From contig CAWGKG010000004.1 in NCBI GenBank assembly GCA_963823035.1, positions 416,001 to 480,000 of the forward strand: DNA of 64,000 bases. The letters are read 5' to 3'. The stretch is from an uncultured Gemmatimonadales bacterium. GTDB lineage: Bacteria; Gemmatimonadota; Gemmatimonadetes; Longimicrobiales; Gaopeijiaceae. A program made the translations under genes and the position numbers. Shown one piece after another: positions 21,883-32,403 of the stretch (its first letter is position 1; each line of letters opens with the position of its first letter). A model generated the notes under the pieces. That model had not been told where the DNA came from, ran no database searches, and saw nothing but the letters and a program-made list of their open reading frames with translations.

Positions 21883-23212
21883 GTGAGCGGGTCCACGCGG
21901 GATCCGCCTGCCCACGCGGAGGGACGACGTGCACCACAGCCGGTGGAAACGGAGCGGGGGGACGTCCCGGGCGCAGCGGCGGTCACCCCGGCGCCCATGG
22001 CGGATCGGGACATCCCGGCATGCCGCGGGATTTCGACACAGGCGCCCTTCCTCGTCATCTGGGAGACGACGCAGGCATGTGACCTCGCCTGCAAGCACTG
22101 CAGGGCGGAGGCGCAGCCGAACCGGCACTCCGGACGGAGCTGACCACGGCGGAGGCGCGCACGCTGCTCGAGGACGTGCGTCGCTTCGGTCCGATCATCT
22201 TCGTCTTCTCCGGCGGCGACGCGCTCAAGCGCGCCGACATCGTCGAGCTGACCCGCTACGGCGTCCGAGCTCGGCCTGCGCATGGCGATCACGCCCGCGA
22301 CCACGCCGCTGTGCAGCGCGGAGCGCCTGCGCGAGCTGCACGAGGCCGGGATGGCCCGCCTGGCGGTCAGCCTGGACGGATCGACCGCGGCGGTGCACGA
22401 CGAGTTCCGGCAGGTGCGTGGCTCCTTCGACCACGGGCTGCGCATCCTGCGGACCGCCCGCGAGGTCGGGATGTCCACGCAGGTGAACACGGTGGTGGCG
22501 CGCCACAACGTGCAGGACTTCCCCGTGATGGCCGAGCTGCTCTCCGAGCTGGGCATCGTCTTCTGGGAGGTGTTCTTCCTGATCCCGATGGGCCGCGCCC
22601 GCCCCGAGGACGTGGCCGGCGCCGACGCGTTCGAGCGGGTGTTCAACGAGCTCTACGACCTGGCCAAGACCGTGCCCTTCGACATCAAGGCGACCGCGGC
22701 GCCCCACTACTCGCGTGTGGTGCTGCAGCGAAAGGTCGCCGAGCGGCGCGCGGGCGTGCGCGACGAGGCGAGCGACGTGCTCACGGACGGCGTCGGGCCA
22801 CTCGCTGCGTCGACGGCATCGGCAGGGCGCGTGGCGTGAACGACGGCGACGGCTTCCTCTTCGTCAGCCACGTCGGCGAGATCTTCCCGTCGGGGTTCCT
22901 GCCGAACTCGGCGGGCAACGTGCGTACGCACGACCTGGTCGACACGTACCGGCACGCGCCTCTCTTCAAGGCGCTGCGCGACCGGAGCCGGATCAAGGGG
23001 AAGTGCTCGGTGTGCGAGTACCTCCAGGTGTGCGGAGGAAGCCGTGCCCGCGCCTTCGCGGTCACCGGCGATCCGCTGGAAGCGGAGCCCTTCTGCGCCC
23101 ACGTTGCCGCTGCGCTGGCAGACGGATGGTCGAGGCGGGCGAGGCGGAGCCGGACGAGGCGTACTTCGCGCACCGCGCGCTCCGGCAGGGAATCCCGCTG
23201 ACGGTGCTCTGA
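21883..23212 (+). CDS. Radical SAM/SPASM protein, AhbD/NirJ-like (TIGR04053-type), frameshifted
   Basis: PFLVIWETTQACDLACKHCRA, FSGGD, VSLDG, HDEFR, GDGFLFVSHVGEIFPSGFLP, GKCSVCEYLQVCGGSRARA. Confidence 0.85.
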
Positions 23213-23298
23213 GCCGGGCCCTCGCGACCCCGTAGGCTGGCGCCCTCGATTAGCTTCCGGGCTCCACGACCTCGATCCTCCTGAAGCCGGATAGCTCC

Positions 23299-24151
23299 AT
23301 GATCGCCTTCTACGGGATGGGCCTCCTGGGCTCGAACTTCGTGCGCGCCCTGCTCGAGCGCGGCGAGACCGTCCACGTCTGGAATCGCACCGCCGAGCGA
23401 GCCCGCGCGCTCCAGCCGGACGGCGCCGTCTCCTTCGACGACCCGGCGGAGGCGGCACGCGGCGCCGAGCGCGTCCACCTCACCCTCTCCGACGACGCCG
23501 CGGTGGACGAGGTCCTCGAGCGGGCGCGCGGCGGCTTCGACGCGGGGGTGACGATCGTCGACCACACGACGACCTCGCGCGCCGGGGCGGCAGAGCGCGA
23601 CACGCCGGTGGGCGGAGCGCGGCGTCGTCTACCAGCACGCGCCGGTGTTCATGGGACCGGGCAACGCGAGGGAGGGCACGGGCTTCATGCTCGCGTCCGG
23701 CGCGCGCGCGCGCTTCGATGCGCTCGAGCCCGAGCTCGCGAAGATGACGGGGAAGGTGGTGTACCTGGGGCCGGAGCCCGACCGGGCCGCGGCCTTCAAG
23801 CTGATGGGGAACCTCTTCCTCCTCACCATGACCACGGGGCTGGTCGAGATGCTCTCGCTTGCGAAGGCCATGGGCGTCGACGCGGCCGAGGCGGCCTCGC
23901 TGTTCGACTGGCTGAATTTCGGCGCCTCGGTCCCCGCCAGGATCGGACGCATCCTCGAGGCCGACTTCGTCCATCCGTCGTGGGAGCTGGCCATGGCGCG
24001 CAAGGACGCCCGCCTCATGCTCGAGGAGGCGGGCGCGGCCGAGGTGCCCCTGGCCGTCATCCCCGCGATCGCGCGTGAGATGGACCGGTGGATCGAGAAG
24101 GGCCACGCCCACGACGACTGGACGGTGATCGCGAAGGACGCGCTGGCATGA
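23299..24151 (+). CDS. NAD(P)-dependent oxidoreductase, 3-hydroxyisobutyrate dehydrogenase family, frameshifted
   Basis: IAFYGMGLLG, VWNRT, IVDHTT, APVFMGP, FKLMGN, MARKDARL. Confidence 0.9.
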
Positions 24152-24167
24152 CGTGATCGCGGGGGGG

Positions 24168-24197
24168 TGAGAAGAAAACGGGCTCGGCAGCGTCCTA
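24168..24197 (+). promoter_or_regulatory. Candidate ECF promoter, copy 1: TGAGAA-N17-CGTCCTA
   Basis: Same -35 hexamer, spacer length and near-identical -10 as the copy at 24851. Confidence 0.55.
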
Positions 24198-24238
24198 CAG
24201 GTGATCGCCGTAGCCCGTCCGCGTACCGGGACCGACCG

Positions 24239-24853
24239 ATGACGTCCTCCTACCTCCCCGCACCCTCTTCAGTGACGTCGGAATCCGACCGCGCGCCCCT
24301 TCCGGACGGGGAGGGCGCGGCCGGCATGAGCACGACGCGTCTCCTGCGCGCCGTGACCGAGGGGCTGCCGCAGAAGCCTCCCCGCCGAAGCGCCACCCGG
24401 TGGCGTGATCGGCGCGCGGCGTGGCTGACGCTCCCGCCCGGCTGGACGCGCGTCCAGGTGGGCGACCTCGTGATCGCGGTCCCGGGCCCGACACCCGGCG
24501 GCACCACGCTTCTCCTCGTGGTGGAGCCGGTGCGCGTGGTGGCGAGCGGTTCCATCGAGGTCGACTTCGGGCGGGCGGCCTCCGAGCCCGGGCTGTGGTT
24601 CCCCGGCGATCCGCCGACGCCGCGGGAGACGATCGAGGGTTGGACGTTCCTCGTCGGCTCGGGGCACCTCGCCCTGAACGGGGCGTCGTACGCGGCCGTC
24701 ACGGCCGTGGCGCGCAGGAACGCGCTCCGGGCGCGCTTCTGGGCGCTGGCCGACTCCGAGGACACGCGCGCGCGCTACGAGTCCGCCGTGCTCGACGCGA
24801 TCACGAGCGTTCGTGGCTTCGTCGAGGGCGCGGCCCGCGATCGGGTGGGGTGA
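24239..24853 (+). CDS. Hypothetical protein (start 24239 or 24327)
   Basis: Open frame with plausible globular sequence (LTLPPGWTRVQVGDLV...RARFWALADSED); GGAGGG upstream of ATG 24327. Confidence 0.55.
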   Translation: MTSSYLPAPSSVTSESDRAPLPDGEGAAGMSTTRLLRAVTEGLPQKPPRRSATRWRDRRAAWLTLPPGWTRVQVGDLVIAVPGPTPGGTTLLLVVEPVRVVASGSIEVDFGRAASEPGLWFPGDPPTPRETIEGWTFLVGSGHLALNGASYAAVTAVARRNALRARFWALADSEDTRARYESAVLDAITSVRGFVEGAARDRVG

Positions 24854-24880
24854 GAATCCGAGCCGGGTCTCGGCGTTCTA
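24851..24880 (+). promoter_or_regulatory. Candidate ECF promoter, copy 2: TGAGAA-N17-CGTTCTA
   Basis: See copy 1; the TGA doubles as the stop codon of the upstream ORF. Confidence 0.55.
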
Positions 24881-24955
24881 TCCGACATGAGCGGCGCATC
24901 GGCGCGCCGTCCTCCGATCGGCCGGTAGCCGATGCTCCACTCCGGAGGCCTCCCC

Positions 24956-25906
24956 ATGACATCGATCGATTCGACGGTCGGCTCCCCTCCTCGCGCTGCT
25001 CGCGGCGTCCCTCGCGCTCCCCTCCACCGCGAACGCCCAGCTCGGCGGTCTGGCCCGCAGGGCGAAGAAGGCCGTGACGGCCAAGGCGGACGAAGGCGAT
25101 GTACGTTAGCCGCCGCCACCCCCCACGTTCGACGACCGCGTGCTCGAGATCACCGAGCCTCGCCTGGCCGGATTCCTCGAAGGCCTGAAGGTGGAGGCCG
25201 CCGTCGCGAAGGAGCCGGCGAGGGAGGCAGAGGCGAGGAGGCGGCGTACGAGAGCGCGACGAAGGCGTACGAGAAGGCGGAGAAGGAATACAACGCGAAG
25301 ATGGAGACGTACGGGGCGCGTGCGCGGAGCGGTTCCGCGCCGAGGAGGATGAGGGCGAAGGTGGCGAACGAGGCCAGGATGGAGAGCGCGGACGAGATGG
25401 GGGACGACGAGTTCGAGGCGTACGTCGAGGACCTCGCCCGCCGCGGCGAGGAGATCGCCCGCGACGTCGAGGCCGGGAAGAACGATCCCGGAGACCGCAG
25501 CGCAGCCAGCGAGGCGTACGTCCGTCGAGGTCGCCGCGATGCAGGCGGAGCAGAGCGCGCCGCGGCGGCTCGTGATGTCCGGGATGGCGGCGGAGACCCA
25601 TCGAGCGGCGACGGAGGAACCCGCGGCTGGTGGCCGCGTGCGGCGAGGAGCCCGAAGGCCCCCGAGGCGCCGATGTCCCTGACGGGGCCCGAGGGCGTGC
25701 TGGCGCCGACAAGGGCGCCGCCGCCGCGGGACTGAGCGTCGAACAGTACGCGATCATGCGCGAGCGGGTGCTCTACTGGGCCGACGAGGACGGACGTCCC
25801 TTCGGGGATGGGCTTCTCGGTGGACGAGATGGGCCTGCTGACCGAGAAGAAGGACGCGATCGCGCAGGCGGTGAAGGTCATGCGCAAGGCGAAGGTCCCG
25901 CTCTGA
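24956..25906 (+). CDS. Secreted helical hypothetical protein, several frameshifts
   Basis: GGAGG then ATG 24956; joined frames give LLALLAASLALPSTANAQLGGLARRAKKAV, YEKAEKEYNAKMETY, GLSVEQYAIMRERVLYW, AVKVMRKAKVPL*. Confidence 0.6.
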
Positions 25907-26845
25907 TCCGGGGGATCCTCGCGGCCGGCCTCCTGCTCGCGCTGGCCCCCGGCTACCGGACGCCGGGCAGGAGGGCAGCGCCCTCGCCTGTCGCGCGTCG
26001 GGGACGACTGGGTGCCGCTCTGGGAGGAGAGCGCAGCGCCGACGCGGTGGAGCGAAGCGGCTGGAGCCGCTCGCCGACGCGACCGAGATGGAGGGAAGCG
26101 TCGGCAGGCGTCGAGCGGGGCGAGGTCACCATCCGCCGGGAACGGGAGCCGTGGCGGATCCGCGTCGTGCTCGTCCGCATCGACCCGGCCCTGATCGAGC
26201 TGCGGCTGGTCGTGCCGCCCCGGCGCGACGACGGCTTCGCCGGGCGGTGGAGCGTCTCGCAGGCGCCTGCGGAAGCGGTCTTCGCAGTCAATGCCGGACA
26301 GTTCACGAGCGGGCCATGGGGGTGGGTCGTGCAGGGCGGGGAGCGGCGCCAGCGGGCGGGACGGGGCGCGCTCGCGCCCGGCTTCGCGGTGACGACGCGG
26401 GGGCGCGTCGCGCTCCTGCCGCCGGACAGCCTCGATGCCGCGGCGAACGGCGTGGAGGAGGGCTTCCAGTCGTATCCGGCGCTGCTCGTGGGCGACGGTG
26501 CCGTCCCGCCGCCCCTCCTAGCGGCACGGGACGGGGCGTCGACCTGGCGCACCGGGACGGGCGCCTCGCGCTGGGGCTCCTCCGCGACGGCCGGGTCCTG
26601 GTCGCGCTGACGCGCGTGGAGGGGCTGGGCGGGCTGCTGGAGATCGTCCCGTTCGGGCCGACCACGCCGGAGATGGCGGCGCTGATGGGGGCGCTGGGAT
26701 GCCCGCGCGCGGTCCTTCTCGACGGGGCCTCTCGGGCCAGATGATGGTCGTGGAGGACGGGCGGAGGGTGGAGTGGAAGGGGCTGCGGCAGGTCGCGGCG
26801 GGGCTGGTGGGCGTGCCGCGGTCGTGGGCCCGGGCGAGCCGCTGA
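25903..26845 (+). CDS. Exported phosphodiester glycosidase (NAGPA/DUF2233-like) protein, frameshifted
   Basis: Hydrophobic N-terminus; LVRIDP, AVNAGQF, FQSYPALL, RLALG, LGCPRAVLLDG. Confidence 0.7.
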
Positions 26846-26893
26846 CCCGTGCTCACTTACGCGGCGCCTGCGGGAGCCTATCTTCCTCGGCGC

Positions 26894-27445
26894 ATGGACG
26901 AAGAGACCCTTCGGGACGAGGTGTCCCCAGCGCTCGAAGAGCACGTGCGCCGCTTCGCGGATCTGCTCCGCTACGCGCGCCGGCGCCACGGGCTCGATCC
27001 CCACGATCTCGACGAGCTCGTGCAGGAGGTGCGTCTCCGTCTCTGGCGTGCCCAGGGGACGGGTGAGAAGATCGCGGCCGTTTCGTCGTCCTACGTATAC
27101 CGGACCGCGATGTCCGCGGCGGTGGACCTGATCCGAAGACGGCGGCATCGAAGCCACGAGGTGGCGCCGCTCGACGGAGAGGGCGGCGCGGCCTACGCGG
27201 ATCCGTCTGCGGGGCGGATCGTCGCCTCCGGAGAGGTGCGTGACGCGATGCAGCGTGCGCTGAGCACGATCGCCAGGCCACGCGCGGTCGCGGTGCGGAT
27301 GTACCTGGCGGGCTACCCGCGGGAGGAGATCGCCGACCTCCTCGGGTGGAGCGAGGCGAAGACCCGGAACCTGGTCTACCGGGGTCTCGCGGATCTCAGG
27401 GCGAGGCTCACGGAGCTGGGTGTCGGACCGGAGGGGAGGGCGTGA
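26894..27445 (+). CDS. ECF (sigma-70 group 4) RNA polymerase sigma factor
   Basis: DLDELVQEVRLRLW, SYVYRTAMSAAVDLIRRR (region 2); GYPREEIADLLGWSEAKTRNLVYRGLADLR (region 4.2). Confidence 0.93.
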   Translation: MDEETLRDEVSPALEEHVRRFADLLRYARRRHGLDPHDLDELVQEVRLRLWRAQGTGEKIAAVSSSYVYRTAMSAAVDLIRRRRHRSHEVAPLDGEGGAAYADPSAGRIVASGEVRDAMQRALSTIARPRAVAVRMYLAGYPREEIADLLGWSEAKTRNLVYRGLADLRARLTELGVGPEGRA

Positions 27446-28062
27446 TGAACGACGACGCGCTGGGGAAGCTCTATCGACGTGCGATGGTCCAGCCGCGCGC
27501 GGGCGACGGCGAGGCATGCCCCTCTCCGGAGGCGCTGCGGGCGGTGGCGGAGCGCACGGCGGGCGAGAGGGGAGCGCCTCACCCTCATGGAGCACGTGGC
27601 GGGCTGCGCGGATTGCCAACGGAGCTGGCGCTCCTCGGCCAGGTGGTGGCGACGCGGCCGGCGGCCCGGCGCTCCCTCGTCCCCGCGCGGTGGTTGGCCG
27701 CGGCGGCCGTCGTGGCGCTGGCCGTCCTGGGTGGACGGCCCTCGCGACGCGTGGGCGCGTCGCGCCCGTCATGCGCGGCGACGAGCCCGCGGTGACGCTC
27801 GTGGCGCCCTCGGGCACGCGTCCAGGCCGCGCCGGCTCCCCTCTTCGTGTGGCGCCCGGTGGAGCGCGCCACCCGCTACGAGGTGGAGGTGCTGGAGCCG
27901 GACGCCCGGCCCGTGGGGGCCGCGGCCGTCCGGGACACCGTCATGGTCTCGCCGGACGGCCTCGCCGTGGGGGTTCGATACCGGTGGCGGGTGACGGCGC
28001 TACGCGCCGACGGCACGCGCATCGAGAGCAGGCTGGTCGGGTTCGATCTCGTCCACGAGTGA
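27445..28062 (+). CDS. Zinc-binding (zf-HC2/ZAS) transmembrane anti-sigma factor, frameshifted
   Basis: CPSPEAL...EHVAGCADC; TM WLAAAAVVALAVLG; VMRGDE; beta-rich tail WRPVERATRYEVEV...YRWRVTA; start overlaps the sigma stop codon. Confidence 0.85.
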
Positions 28063-28088
28063 TGTCGACCGTGCGGTTTGGCAGCCGC

Positions 28089-30990
28089 TCACCCGCCGCG
28101 CGCCCCTGACCGGCGCCGGAACGCCGCCACCACGACAGCAGGACCGCCGCACCGCCGAGGATGGGCAGGGCGCGCCTCCACGGGTGCGTGGCGCGCAGCG
28201 GAACCACCAGCCGTTCGTCGCCCACCACGGTGAGCGTCGCCCAGACGTGGCCGGGGCGCCACGCGCGCGCGCCTCGCGCTTCGCCGCGCGTACGGCCTCC
28301 GTGACGGGAAGGCCCTCCGACAGCGCGGCGTAGACGGCATCCACCAGGCGCTCGGCGGCTCGGTCCTCGAGCGCCCAGCGCGTCAGGATCACGGTGCGGA
28401 CGCCGGCGACGCGGAACGCCGATGCGAGCCCCACCACGCCCTCGCCGCGCACGACGGTGCCGGAGGCCGTCGAGCAGCCCGAGAGGAAGGCGAGGCCGGC
28501 ATCCAGCCGCATGCGCGCCACCTCCGCCGCGCGCACCACGCCGTCCTCTCCGTCGCCTGGCGCCAGGAGGAGGGCCGCGCCGGACAGGCTGGCCTCGTCG
28601 AGTCGGGCGTGCGTGGCGAAGTGGAGCACGCCGAACCGTCCGGGGGAGACCTGCCCGAGTCGCGCCTCGGACGCGTCCGCGCCCAGGAGCACGACGCTTT
28701 CCGGCCCCCCGTGGCGGGCCGCCTCCCGCGCCTCCCGCGCGGCGTTGGGCAGCGGGCGGAGTGCCTCCTCCGTCCCGGCGGGCGCGCGGGGATCCCCGAG
28801 CGCGAGGACCGCGGCGGGCAGCTCGACGGGGGGCGATCGCCACTGCCGGAGGGCGAGCGAGGCCGAAGGCTGGAGGCTGAAGGCGAAGCGCTCGACGAGG
28901 GGCGTTCCGTCCTCGTCGGTCAGCGCGTCGAAAGGCACGAGGTGCAGGGACCCGTCCGGCACGAGGACCACCTTCTGCACCGAGGGCGGCAGCAGCGACG
29001 GCACATCCCCGAGGACCGCGGCCGCCACGGATCGGGCAAGCGGCGCGGGGTCTTCCCCCGATCGGATCATCGCGTCGAGTCGGCGCACGTCGGGCTCCAC
29101 GGAGTCGACCGGCGGTAGGACGCGGGCGTACGCGCCGAAGCGGCCGAGCGCGAAGAGCGTGGTGGGCTCGCCGCCGCGCCCGGTCACCCAGATGAGCAAG
29201 GCGGTCCGCTCGTCGGGCGCGGCCGCCTCCACCTCGGCGACGGTCGCCGCGGGCGGTGCCCCCTCCGACCGCGTGGAGTCGGTGCCCGGGAGCGTATCGC
29301 CGGGCGCCTCGATGCGGGCGAGCTGGTCCCGCAGGCTCCGTGCGCGCATGCGGTCGGCGAGCGCGAAAGCCGCCTCGACCCTCCCGCCGGCGGCGAGCGC
29401 GGCGACGATCGTCGCGAAGCCCAGGTCCGGATCCGAGCGGTCCTCCGCGACCTGGAAGGCGAGGAGGCGAAGCTCGGGGAAGGAGAGGGTGGCCCGCCAC
29501 GCCTCGATCCCGTCCATCGCATCCGACGCCATTCGCTCCGCGCCGTCGAGGTCGCCCCGACGCGCCCGGATCTCCGCCAGCCGCATGCGATAGTAGTACG
29601 CCCAGTCGGGCTGCCCACCCGCCGGGTCGCGCTTCCAGGCGGCCTCGACGCGGGCGAGCGCGCCGTCGAGCTGCGCCTCCGCGTCGTCCAGGCGTCCACG
29701 CTTCAAGTCCAGGACGGCCTGGTGGTAGACGAGTCCCTGAAGCCGCCCGATGCATGCCGGTGGCCTCGGCGTCCACGCGAGCCGAGTCGAGCTGCCGCTC
29801 GGCTTCGTCCCAGAGCGCCTCGGAGAGGGCCGCGTGCGCCAGACCGATACGGGCCGCCACCACGCCCGGGGCGAAGCCGAGGGGCTCCAGGACCTCGATC
29901 GAGCGCCGGTACGCCGTCGCGCGCGGCGGCGGGGTCGTTCGCCGCGAGCGCGAGGTCGCCGCGCGCCCCGTCGATGGCGCCTTCTCCGTAGCGGTCGCCT
30001 TGCGCCGCGAAGAGCCGGGCGGCGCTGTCCGCCGTGGCCGCCCCCGACCGGAGGTCCCCGACCGCAAGGTCGATGAAGGCGAGGTTGGCGTAGACCCACG
30101 CGCGCGGCGCGTCCGCTTGCGCCCGGGAGGACACGGCCAGCGCCTCCTCCAGCTCGCTCCGCGCCTCCTCGAGCCTTCCGATGGTGCGGAGCCAGTACCC
30201 CCGCCATTGCAGCGCCGAGGCCAGTCCGACCCCGTCTCCGAGCCGGCGGCGGATCTCCGCGGCCGTGCCCATGTCCACCAGAGCCCCGTCGACGTCCCCC
30301 GTACGGGCGCGATCGGAGGCGAGCGAGCCGAGGCACCAGCTGCGCAGGCGTTGGTCGTCGGTGCGCTCGGCGAGCCTCAGGCCGAGGGTGGCCTCCTCCG
30401 CCGCGGGGCGACTGCTCAGCACCGCCACCTCGGCGCGCCCACAGTGGAGCATCGTCCCGAGGAAGGGATCGTCCCCGACCCGTGGGGCGGCCTCGGCGAA
30501 GAGGGACTCGGCTTCCCGCGGACCTGCGGTGCGGGCGCGTGTCAGCGCCAGGAGGAGGAGTGCCTCGGTCTCCGCCTCGCCGTCGCGGATCTCCCGCGCC
30601 TCCTCGAGCGCGGTGGCGAGCGTCCGCTCGGCGAGCGGGAGGCCCCCCCGTGCCCGCGCACTCTGGGCGACCGCCATCCTGGCCCGCACCGAAACGGCGT
30701 CGGGCGGCGCACCGGGTGGGGGGAGGAGGGACGTCAGGAGGGTGTCGGCGCCGTCCAGGTCGTACGTGAGCTGGGCGAGGGTGGCCAGGCCGAGGCGGGC
30801 GAGGCGGTCGGAGCGCGGGGGCCGGGCCTCCGCCTCCCAGACCGCGCGGAGCGCGGCGACGCTGTCCCCCTGCACGGCCGCGGCCGCACGCCGGACGATC
30901 GCGCGGGGTCCGTCGGGCGCCTGGAGCTGGAGGCCGAGAAGAGCGGTCAGGAGGAGGGGAGCGAACACGCTCCGAAGTACCAGGCGCCGG
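28089..30990 (-). CDS. TPR-CHAT (caspase/separase-like) cysteine protease, frameshifted; start approximate
   Basis: TPR-like helices; VLVPDGSLHLVPFDAL, LPNAAREA, LHFATHA, FLSGCSTASG, GEGVVGLASAF, LTRWALED, WATLTVVGD. Confidence 0.92.
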
Positions 30991-31114
30991 CACCCCCGGC
31001 AAGTCGCGGCGCTTGACCGGCCCACGGTGGAATCCCCTTCCTGGGTCTCGCCCGGCCCCGGGCCGCACCGGGGACGGTCCGGTGAGCGACCCTCGAGGCG
31101 GACCGAAGGGGTGC

Positions 31115-32403
31115 TCACCTTCCGGGCCCTGTCTCTCCCGCGGGCACGGCCCGACCCGACGTCAGCGCTTCCGCCATCCGTCGAGCCTCGACGAGCCGGC
31201 CTGGAATCCCCGGCCGGGTCTTCCAGTTGGCGGCTACGTGCAGCCCGGCCGGCAGCGTCCAGCCGCGCAGCGCCCGCCATGACGCGTCCCAGGCGGGCAT
31301 CCACTCACGCGCCACGGCGAGCGGAGCGGCGTCGTAGCCGGTGCAGCGGCGGAACTCCTCGATGGCCAGGGCTGCCATGGCGTCGTCGCCGAGCTCCACG
31401 ACCTCCGGGCGGCGGGCGCCCCCCAGGTAGGCCGTGTAGACGTTGTGCCGGCCGAAGAGCGCGTCGTTGTAGGTGACGCCGCGTAGCGCGAGCATCTCCG
31501 TGAAGGCGACCTGGAAGCCGAGGCCCACCAGCGGCGTGTCGGCGTCCAGGTGGACGACGCCCAGGGGGTTGTAGTGGAGGCGGCGGAGCGCGGATGCGGC
31601 GTCCGGCGCGGGGCCTTCGAAGAGGTCGGCGGCCCCGGGAGCCGGAATCGTCAGCACCACGTGCTCGGCGTCGATCGCCTCGTCGTCCATCTGCACGCGC
31701 CAACCGGCGCCGTTCGCCTCGATCCGCCGCACCGGGGCGGACAGGCGCAGGGTGGGGCCCAGCGTGCGCGCCAACGCGTCGGGGAGCGTCTGCATCCCGT
31801 CGCGGAAGGAGAGGGGTGCCGGAGGGCGGATCGTGCCACCCCGTCGCAGCAGCGGCAGGAGGAGGCTCCGCCGCACGCCGAACTCGCGCAGGACGTGCCC
31901 AGGGAGAGCCCGACCACCATGTCGGCGGGATCGGAGGCGTACAGGCCCCCGTAGAGGGGGGCGATGAGCGTCTCGTAGATCTCTCGCCCGACCTTGCGCG
32001 TGAAGTAGTCGGCGACGGACTCGTCGGGGTCGGCCCCGGCCGTGAAGGGCTCCGCGAGGAGGCGGAGCTTCGCGGGCCAGCCCACGATGTCGGAGCGGAG
32101 GAACGCGCCGGGGGAGAAGGGCACCGGGTGCAGGCGGTCACCCCGGTACACGTAGAGGCGCAGCGACGCCGAGGCGGTGAGCGTCTCCCCCTCGAGGCCG
32201 AGGCGCGCGATCAGCTCCGCCATCGACTGCGTGAGGCGTGTGCGCTGCGGCCCCCATTCCAGCACGCGGCCGTCGACACGCGCGCTGCGGATCACGCCGC
32301 CGGGACGGTCGGACGCCTCCAGAACCACGCAGTCCGCGCCGTGCCGGCGCAGCTCGTCGCCCAGGGCGAGTCCCGTGATCCCCCCTCCGACGATGGCGAT
32401 CAT
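31115..32403 (-). CDS. hemY: Protoporphyrinogen/coproporphyrinogen oxidase (HemY/CgoX family), frameshifted
   Basis: IAIVGGGITGL, LEASDRPGGVIRS, LEWGPQ, PLYGGLYASDP, SFRDGMQTLPDAL. Confidence 0.9.

Noticed and set aside
31020..31114. GC-rich hairpins and a GGAATCCCC..CCTGGGTC similarity to 40085-40106 as an ncRNA or direct repeat flanking the hem operon
   Set aside because: The match is short and gapped with no recognisable RNA family; insufficient support
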